From NCBI GenBank assembly GCA_964427895.1, contig CAYRUZ010000001.1, forward strand, positions 31,480 through 95,479: DNA of 64,000 nucleotides, in the 5' to 3' direction. The notes beneath the pieces were generated by a model that was not told the DNA's origin, made no database searches, and worked only from the letters and a program-made list of their open reading frames with translations. Below, piece by piece: positions 57,628 through 64,000 of this stretch. How positions within the stretch are numbered: position 1 is the stretch's first letter; every line of letters starts with the position of its first letter. This stretch comes from an uncultured Candidatus Peribacteria bacterium. Lineage in GTDB: Bacteria; Patescibacteriota; Gracilibacteria; Peribacterales; Peribacteraceae. Made by a program: the position numbers and the translations under genes.

Positions 57628-58205
57628 TAGAGCGGAAGGGGATCGACCCAGTCGGGCGTTTGGCAGCGGGTGTACCAGGTATCTTCCCACACGGTCCAAT
57701 CCGGTTCCCACTGGCTCCACCACTGATAGTTGGCAGTGCGCTCCGGCATGGGCGGGTCATAGTACGGGTTGGCGAAGTGCAGGTAGGTGCCCGACGCCAT
57801 GCGCAGCTGGATGCATTTGCGCTGGAGGTAGCGCTCGCGCACGGGCCAGCGGTCATTGCCGTCGAAGCTGCGGAGCATCGATGTCTCGGCTTCGTTCTGC
57901 CACCACGGGAGCGCGGCGAACGACAAATCTTTCTTCGGCGTCCATTTGCCATCCTTCCACACGTCGATGCGGCTGGTCATTACGCGCTCCAACGATCCTT
58001 GGGAGAACAACCCCCAGTTCTGCCACTGACTCGTACTCAGAAGGTACGCGCGCGTGTACGGTTCGCTGCCCAGGCGCAGGTCCTGCAGCCACTGGCGCGG
58101 ATCGCGGTCCGGGATGCACCACAGCCCGATAGCCGCCATGTGGTACAGGCAGAAGGAGGCAATCGCAAACTTGGCCAAAGGTTGAGTAAATCGCGAAAAA
58201 CGCAT
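57627..58205 (-). CDS. Trp-rich membrane-anchored hypothetical protein (16 Trp in 192 aa)
   Basis: N-terminal TM helix (FAIASFCLYHMAAIGLWCI) followed by a soluble domain with WW/WxxW strings (PWWQNE, YQWWSQWEPDWTVWEDTWY). Tightly coupled to the genes on both sides. Confidence 0.6.
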   Translation of the reverse strand: MRFSRFTQPLAKFAIASFCLYHMAAIGLWCIPDRDPRQWLQDLRLGSEPYTRAYLLSTSQWQNWGLFSQGSLERVMTSRIDVWKDGKWTPKKDLSFAALPWWQNEAETSMLRSFDGNDRWPVRERYLQRKCIQLRMASGTYLHFANPYYDPPMPERTANYQWWSQWEPDWTVWEDTWYTRCQTPDWVDPLPL

Positions 58206-58207
58206 GT

Positions 58208-59416
58208 TCAGCGAACGGGGCGCAGCAGGACGATTTCACGTCCCACAAACTGATCGCCGCGGCGGTACGTGAGGCTCTTGTGCCCGTCTTCCAGGTCGAT
58301 GCCCGGAGGAAGGACCGCCTCGAAACCTGCGTCGGCGATCGCATCCCATACGCGCTCGAGCCTCTGCGGACCGGTACGCTGGTACCAGACCGGGAAGCTG
58401 AGAACGAGAGGAATGTCTTTGAGGGTCTCCGCTGCGTTCTTGAGGAACGCGATCTCCAGTTTGTCCGCCTCCGCGCGCATGCCCTGCACGTCCTTCACGG
58501 TCGGGCGGGACGACAAGGCCGGTCCGAGCATCGTCTCGGAGACGACGAGGTCCGGTACGTCCTTGAGTGCGAACGGTTTGAGGGCGTCTTGCTTCCATAC
58601 CTGGCTCTTCACCTCGGATTTCTTGATGGTGCTCACTTTGCGCAGCCACTCGATGTTCTTCTGGCAACCGGTCACCGCTTTTTCGGATTTGTCGGAGGCG
58701 AGCACGTTCCAGCCGCGCGCCAGGCATTCCAAGGGAATGACGCCCGTTCCGCAGAAGGGGTCGAGCACCGTCAGCTGCTTCTTCGTTTTCTTTTCGTCGG
58801 GAAGAAGTGACCAGGCGAAATTGATCATCATCTGCGCCAGTTTGGGAGGCAGCAAGCCGGCGCGCGTGTCGCGCACGGGTTTCTCCATATCGCGCAGCGT
58901 GTACGCGTCCGCGTCCTGCGCGGCGATCGTCTTGCCGACGAACAGGAAGTCCTCGTCCCCGAGGATGACGATCTCGCAGCCGCCGCTGCCGTCCGCGATG
59001 CCCGTGTCATGGAGCAGCGGAGTGACGGCCGGCTTGTGTTCGTTGCCCACGTAGCGTGCGCTGCGGCCCGCTTTCTTCAGCGCGTCCTTACATGTGCGGT
59101 AGAGATCGCGGATCACACGCGGCGCAACGCCCGCGCCGCGGAGTGCGAACGTCACCTTGCCTTTTACTCCTTCCGTTTCCGTCACGAGCATCTGCGGGAC
59201 GTCCCCCAGCGAGGGTTCCGCTCCGCTGATGTTCTGTGCGAGCAGCATGGTGCCGCCCCAATTTTTCAAATCCTCCGCCGTGAGCGTTCGTGACGTGTTG
59301 AAGACCGCGACCGAGCGGGCGATGACACGTTGAAGCGTGAAGTCGGGGATGCAGGCGCTCAATTCGGCGATGCTCAGGCGCGGCTGATTGCCCAGGAAGG
59401 CGGCGTACTGCGGCAT
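58208..59416 (-). CDS. Class I SAM-dependent (RNA?) methyltransferase with N-terminal THUMP-like region
   Basis: SAM motif I VLDPFCGTGVIPLE and LASD. The ATG at 59416 is preferred over the TTG at 59437. Confidence 0.65.
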   Translation of the reverse strand: MPQYAAFLGNQPRLSIAELSACIPDFTLQRVIARSVAVFNTSRTLTAEDLKNWGGTMLLAQNISGAEPSLGDVPQMLVTETEGVKGKVTFALRGAGVAPRVIRDLYRTCKDALKKAGRSARYVGNEHKPAVTPLLHDTGIADGSGGCEIVILGDEDFLFVGKTIAAQDADAYTLRDMEKPVRDTRAGLLPPKLAQMMINFAWSLLPDEKKTKKQLTVLDPFCGTGVIPLECLARGWNVLASDKSEKAVTGCQKNIEWLRKVSTIKKSEVKSQVWKQDALKPFALKDVPDLVVSETMLGPALSSRPTVKDVQGMRAEADKLEIAFLKNAAETLKDIPLVLSFPVWYQRTGPQRLERVWDAIADAGFEAVLPPGIDLEDGHKSLTYRRGDQFVGREIVLLRPVR

Positions 59417-59484
59417 GTGCGCAGAATAGCGCGTCAAACTCCGGACGAAATGCTTTCAGACGGGACACCGACTATCGATGCAAG

Positions 59485-60867
59485 TCAATCGCGCACGGAC
59501 CGGACCGCTCCGGGCAGCAATGCACAGAAGAGAAGAGTGGCGATCGGGGCCAAATGGATGAGTCCACGGCCGTAACCGGTTTGGAACGTCGCCTCCACGG
59601 ACAGTGACGTGAAGAGATACAGCGGCAACTGACCGACGAAGAGCAGGATGGTGAATACTGCCAGCGGGCGCAGGCGGCCGAAGGCCTCCGACCGGCGCCA
59701 CACCAGGAGGATGGGAAGCAGTAGCGGCAGCAGCATCCAGTTTCCCTCGAAGAACAGCTGCGTGACGATCGCCTCCGGCGCCGCCGACTGCCAGCCGAGA
59801 CTGAGGCCCGTCACGGCTTTTGCGTTTCCGAACGTCATGCCGTGAGCCCACTTGTACGTCACCCACGGCACGAGAACCGCGGCAACAATCCAGAAGGCCC
59901 ACAGTGCCGCGGAGAGATCACGGCCGCGTCCCCGCACCAGGAGCAAGATCCACAGGACGGCGATGCCGGGCAGATAGAGCAAAATCGCTTCGTTCTTGGT
60001 AAACACGAGCGCTGCCGTCGCGATCGCCGAAACGCGCAGCAGCGAGGTTCGCGCGTCGCCGTCGTTCGCCTCCGCGAGACACAATGTACTGACGGCTACG
60101 AAGAGGAGACTGGCGAGGAAGACGTCGGCATAGGTGTTGGTGCCGTGCATCAGCAGTAACGGCAGGCTGACGAGCAGGCACGTGCCGAGGGCCGCCCACC
60201 ACGCGGTGGTCAGGCGCCGCAACGCGCAGAAGAAGAGTCCCAGCAAGCAGACGAACCATGCGAGGTGCACGATGTTCACGAGCGGCTCGCTCCATGTGCC
60301 AGCCAAAGTCGCTAGGAAGGATTTCGCCAGCGGGACGGCCGGAGGGTACGAGGACACGCCGGTCGGGGCCTGTTCGGGCGTGCTTCCCGGCAGCAGGATT
60401 TGCACGGACTGCGTTTCGAAGAAGACCTTCGCGCGGAAGTTCCAGTTGTCGAGTGAGTCATCCAGGAACGTCGGCGTCAGCACCAAGAAGGTGACGCCCA
60501 TCGTCACGACCTTCACCGCCGTCCACGCACCGAGCAGCAGGACGATGACTTTCGCCCACAGGGGAGTCTTGCCCGAATCGGGAAGAACCGGGCCACGGGC
60601 GAAGAACGGTCGGTGCAGCAGCAGGCACAGCAACGTCAGCCCGACAAGGAGGAACGCGCACAGCCAGATCCACACCATCCTCGTGAGCTCAACACCGAGT
60701 ACATTCGCAAAAAGCGCAACGAATGGCAAAAGCGCCGAGCCCAGCAGAAAGCCTAAAAGTGCACGTTCCATTCGCGAGAGGACCGGTGTGCGTTCAACGG
60801 CGCACAGCGCCAGCCAACCAAGTGCTGCAAGCAGAGTGAAACCGATGACTGCGGCGAGAATGGTCAT
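59485..60867 (-). CDS. Polytopic membrane protein, GT-C/ArnT-PMT-like putative glycosyltransferase
   Basis: About 12 TM helices in a layout resembling family-39/83 glycosyltransferases. No motif was confirmed. Confidence 0.5.
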   Translation of the reverse strand: MTILAAVIGFTLLAALGWLALCAVERTPVLSRMERALLGFLLGSALLPFVALFANVLGVELTRMVWIWLCAFLLVGLTLLCLLLHRPFFARGPVLPDSGKTPLWAKVIVLLLGAWTAVKVVTMGVTFLVLTPTFLDDSLDNWNFRAKVFFETQSVQILLPGSTPEQAPTGVSSYPPAVPLAKSFLATLAGTWSEPLVNIVHLAWFVCLLGLFFCALRRLTTAWWAALGTCLLVSLPLLLMHGTNTYADVFLASLLFVAVSTLCLAEANDGDARTSLLRVSAIATAALVFTKNEAILLYLPGIAVLWILLLVRGRGRDLSAALWAFWIVAAVLVPWVTYKWAHGMTFGNAKAVTGLSLGWQSAAPEAIVTQLFFEGNWMLLPLLLPILLVWRRSEAFGRLRPLAVFTILLFVGQLPLYLFTSLSVEATFQTGYGRGLIHLAPIATLLFCALLPGAVRSVRD

Positions 60868-62009
60868 TGTTCGACGAAGACGAAAGAATAGTCGGATGTT
60901 CTGCTCACTTCCTTTCCGCGTCCGAGGACCGTGCCGTCATCCAGCACGAGAGCGCCCGATTGAGTATGCACATCAGGGCGATGGAAGACGATCCACGTGG
61001 TGATGTCATCGGGGAACGGGGCTTGCTGCACCGGACGCGCGGGGCTCAGGAAGTACTGCGCGTATGGGAAGACGGGGATGCCTTTCGGCGCCAACAACCC
61101 GACGGAGTTCTGCCCCGTGGTAAATGGCGAAGCCGATTCGAGTAGCCCGTAGAGATCTTCCGTTCCGCGCAGGGTGCGTTCCGAGGTCGGACGCTGCACG
61201 TAGTTTGACCAATCGGTGCGGACGTAGGACAGGAATTCGGCGCCCATGCGCACGTCGAGCAACATCCATGCCGCTGCCGAACCGATGATAAGGCCCAGGA
61301 GAGCGCCCGTCGCTATGCGCTTCTCGCGGATCCACGCTGCCAGCGCGAAGCCGGCGCACATGAGGATGGTGAAGGCATAGATCCAGCGATTACCCGAGTG
61401 GGCATACGGAGGAAAGTGATCGTAGAGTTCATCGATGCCGGTTTCGCTCTTTGCCAGCAGAGGGCCCCACAAGAAATTGATGCTGTGGGCGCGGAACTCG
61501 TTGAGCGTCCAGAAGCTGCGCAGGGAGTGCGACCACCGCTCTGCAGCCGTGTACTGCGTCAGTTCAAGTCCTTCGAGATACAGCGCGCCGCCCTCAGGAA
61601 GAGAGAAGCCGATGCGATCGGTGCGAGGGTCCCATTCCGGCAGGTCGGCCGCTGGGATGTTTGCGACGACCTCTCCCGGTCGCAGGGTGAAGGGGTAGAT
61701 GTTGAAGTTGCCCTGCTCCTTGTCCAGGGAATGCCACAGGAATTGCATCTGGGTCGTGTCCGGCACCTGCAAATGCGCCGTGATATCGTGGATGGAAATG
61801 GCGCTTGTGACGGGGCGCTCGACGATTCCGTCCTTCGCGAAGATCAGCACCGGCTGGCCTCCCACATCGCGCACCTGCACGTTGTGCAACAGCCACAAAT
61901 TATCCAGGCGCACGTCGACCGTCTGCTTCGCCGAAGCGGCGACAGGCAGTGCGATGAGCAGGAAGGCGAGAAGCGAGAAACCGCGGCGCATCGGAGGCGA
62001 GTGTAGCAT
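60864..62009 (-). CDS. Hypothetical membrane protein (signal peptide, large extracytoplasmic domain, about 3 TM helices)
   Basis: Its ATG is 1 nt after the alaS stop, and its own stop overlaps the next ATG (ATGA). Confidence 0.55.
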   Translation of the reverse strand: MLHSPPMRRGFSLLAFLLIALPVAASAKQTVDVRLDNLWLLHNVQVRDVGGQPVLIFAKDGIVERPVTSAISIHDITAHLQVPDTTQMQFLWHSLDKEQGNFNIYPFTLRPGEVVANIPAADLPEWDPRTDRIGFSLPEGGALYLEGLELTQYTAAERWSHSLRSFWTLNEFRAHSINFLWGPLLAKSETGIDELYDHFPPYAHSGNRWIYAFTILMCAGFALAAWIREKRIATGALLGLIIGSAAAWMLLDVRMGAEFLSYVRTDWSNYVQRPTSERTLRGTEDLYGLLESASPFTTGQNSVGLLAPKGIPVFPYAQYFLSPARPVQQAPFPDDITTWIVFHRPDVHTQSGALVLDDGTVLGRGKEVSRTSDYSFVFVEQ

Positions 62010-62010
62010 G

Positions 62011-63816
62011 TCAGGCTGCCTGTCCGGCGGTTTCGATGTCCGCGGGTCCGCCCGAAACGACCGCCTTGATGCGGCGCACGCCGGCAGAAGAGCTCTCCTC
62101 TTTCTGGATCTTGAAGGCGCCGATCATGCCGGTGCGGGCCACATGCGGGCCGCCGCAGATTTCTTTGCTGAACGATCCGTCGCCGACGACATAGACCTTC
62201 ACCTCGCTGCCGTATCGGTCGTCGAAGACGCCGATGGCGCCTTCCGCTTTGGCGCCATCCACCGTCGTGAGGTGGTAGGCCACCGGCAGATCCTTCTGGA
62301 TCTGCTCGTTCACCAGCCGCTCCGCTTCCGCGATCTGCTCGGGCGTCATCTTGTCGGGATGGTTGAAGTCGAAGCGCAGGCGCTCGGCCGTGATGTTGCT
62401 GCCCTTCTGCTGGATATGCGTGCCCAGCACCGTGCGCAGCGCGGCATTGAGCAGGTGCGTTGCGGTGTGCAGCTTCGTCGTCTCCGCGCTATGGTCGGCC
62501 AGGCCTCCCTTGAATTTCTGCTCGGCTCCGGCGCGGCTCTTGGCCTGGTGTTCCTCGAACGCTTGCTGGAAACCCGCTTCGTCCACCGTGCGTCCGTCCT
62601 CCGCCGCGAGTTCCTTGGTCAGCTCGATGGGGAAGCCGTAGGTGTCGTAGAGATGGAAGGCCGTCAGACCGTCGATGGGCCCAGAGGTCTTGCGGTAGTG
62701 CTTCATTCCTTCCTCCAGCGTCTTGCTGAACTGCGCCTCCTCTTTCTGCAGCACGTCGACGATCTCCGCCTTCTTCTGGCCGAGGTACCCGTACGCGCCG
62801 ACGTACTGGTCGATCACTTTGTGCGCGACGACGGCGACGAACGCCCCCTGTACGCCGAGCGTGCGGCCGTTGCGAATTGCCCGGCGAATGATGCGGCGCA
62901 GCACGTAGCCTTGGTCCACGTTGGACGGCCTCACGCCGTCGGCGATCATGAACGTCGCTGCTTTCAGGTGGTCGGCGATGATGCGGCTGTGGCGGACGTG
63001 GTCGGCCGTTTTTCCTGCCTCAGACGTCAGCTGCCCGATGGTATCCATGATCGGTTTGAAGGAGTCCGTGTCGTACACGCTCTTCACTCCCTGCAGTACG
63101 CCGGCCACGCGCTCCAAGCCCATGCCGGTATCGACGTTCTGCTGCGCGAGAGGGACGAACGTGCCGTCCGCCTGCTTGTTGTACTGCATGAAGACGTCGT
63201 TCCAGATCTCCAGCCAGTTGGCGTCATCGTTCGCCGGGTTGCTGCCCGCGGGCGGCAGGTCGCTCGGTCCCACCCAGTAGAACATCTCCGTGTCCGGGCC
63301 GCAGGGTCCGGTCATGCCGGCGGGTCCCCACCAGTTCTTGGCCTTGGGCAAAAAGCCGATGCGCTCGCGCGGCACGCCGAGTTTCTCCCAGATGCCGGCC
63401 GATTCCTCGTCCTTCGGGGCATCGCTGTCTCCCTCGAAACACGTGACGGCGAACTTTGCGAGCGGGATCTCCAGCACCTTCGTGATGAATTCGAAGCTCA
63501 TCGAGATCGCACCTTCCTTAAAGTAGTCGCCCAAACTCCAGTTGCCGAGCATCTCGAACATCGTGAGGTGGCTCGCGTCGCCCACTTCGTCGATGTCGCC
63601 GGTGCGCACGCAACGCTGCACGTCGGTGAGGCGCTTGCCCGCGGGATGCGGTTCGCCGAGGAGGTAGGGGACGAGCGGATGCATGCCCGCTGTGGTAAAC
63701 AGCACCGTCGGATCGTTCTCCGGAACGAGCGGTGCGCCGGGAATAACGGCGTGCTGCTTCGATTTGAAAAAGTCGAGGTAGGCTTGGCGGATCTGGTCGG
63801 TCGTCAAAGGCTTCAT
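62011..63816 (-). CDS. alaS: Alanine--tRNA ligase, short form (601 aa; catalytic and editing domains, no C-Ala domain)
   Basis: FTTAGM and the class II core. Editing-site HTATHLL (HxxxH) and CGGPHV (CxxxH). The protein ends about 40 aa after the second motif. The ATG at 63816 is chosen. Confidence 0.9.
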   Translation of the reverse strand: MKPLTTDQIRQAYLDFFKSKQHAVIPGAPLVPENDPTVLFTTAGMHPLVPYLLGEPHPAGKRLTDVQRCVRTGDIDEVGDASHLTMFEMLGNWSLGDYFKEGAISMSFEFITKVLEIPLAKFAVTCFEGDSDAPKDEESAGIWEKLGVPRERIGFLPKAKNWWGPAGMTGPCGPDTEMFYWVGPSDLPPAGSNPANDDANWLEIWNDVFMQYNKQADGTFVPLAQQNVDTGMGLERVAGVLQGVKSVYDTDSFKPIMDTIGQLTSEAGKTADHVRHSRIIADHLKAATFMIADGVRPSNVDQGYVLRRIIRRAIRNGRTLGVQGAFVAVVAHKVIDQYVGAYGYLGQKKAEIVDVLQKEEAQFSKTLEEGMKHYRKTSGPIDGLTAFHLYDTYGFPIELTKELAAEDGRTVDEAGFQQAFEEHQAKSRAGAEQKFKGGLADHSAETTKLHTATHLLNAALRTVLGTHIQQKGSNITAERLRFDFNHPDKMTPEQIAEAERLVNEQIQKDLPVAYHLTTVDGAKAEGAIGVFDDRYGSEVKVYVVGDGSFSKEICGGPHVARTGMIGAFKIQKEESSSAGVRRIKAVVSGGPADIETAGQAA

Positions 63817-64000
63817 AGCCAGCGGAGTGTACCATCGGGCCGCCGGGACGCCACGGGACGCCTTTCGCGTGGTAGTATTTGCTCCACATGTCCTTCGGCT
63901 CACCCGTACCGGCCGGAAAACGGTGGTTCGACTACATTGGCACAATCGCGGGGCTCGTCCTGCTGGTCCTCGCGCTGTCGGCGCTGCACCACATCGTGCG

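Overview
This is a tightly packed, GC-rich bacterial chromosomal segment (about 55-62% GC in hand-counted 60-nt samples). It holds roughly 70 protein genes and one tRNA-Asn(GUU). I could not recognise any rRNA, CRISPR array, transposase, integrase or phage gene. Housekeeping content: pilT, PolX, ogt, typA/bipA, idi, csaA, a polar amino-acid ABC transporter, a short-form alaS, AlkD-like alkylation repair, a DsbA-like oxidoreductase, and a complete F1Fo ATP synthase in the permuted order atpD-C-(Z/I-like)-B-E-F-H-A-G. Envelope and accessory content: three SLH-domain surface proteins (one with Ig-like repeats and an EGF-like cysteine module), several lipoproteins, GT-C-like membrane proteins and a copper-resistance cluster. 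Packing is extreme: many ATGA/TAATG overlaps, five convergent gene pairs with directly abutting stop codons, and -10 boxes 5-10 nt from start codons. This suggests a streamlined genome, but taxonomy cannot be decided from this window. There are three best candidates for something undescribed. (i) An AT-rich mosaic block (about 3250-5290) has borders inside two ORFs. It puts the same TM-sensor-TM module on a TrmB-type DNA-binding protein and on an orphan histidine kinase, with a SET-domain methyltransferase between them. (ii) An operon encodes a Trp-rich membrane-anchored protein and an HTTM (vitamin-K-carboxylase-like) domain fused to a DCC-type CxxC thiol oxidoreductase, and a second HTTM paralog lies at the window edge. 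(iii) A secreted protein is built from six copies of a regular six-cysteine repeat, and the next gene encodes a membrane protein with duplicated HxVEH motifs. All functional calls come from motif recognition by eye; no database search was run.
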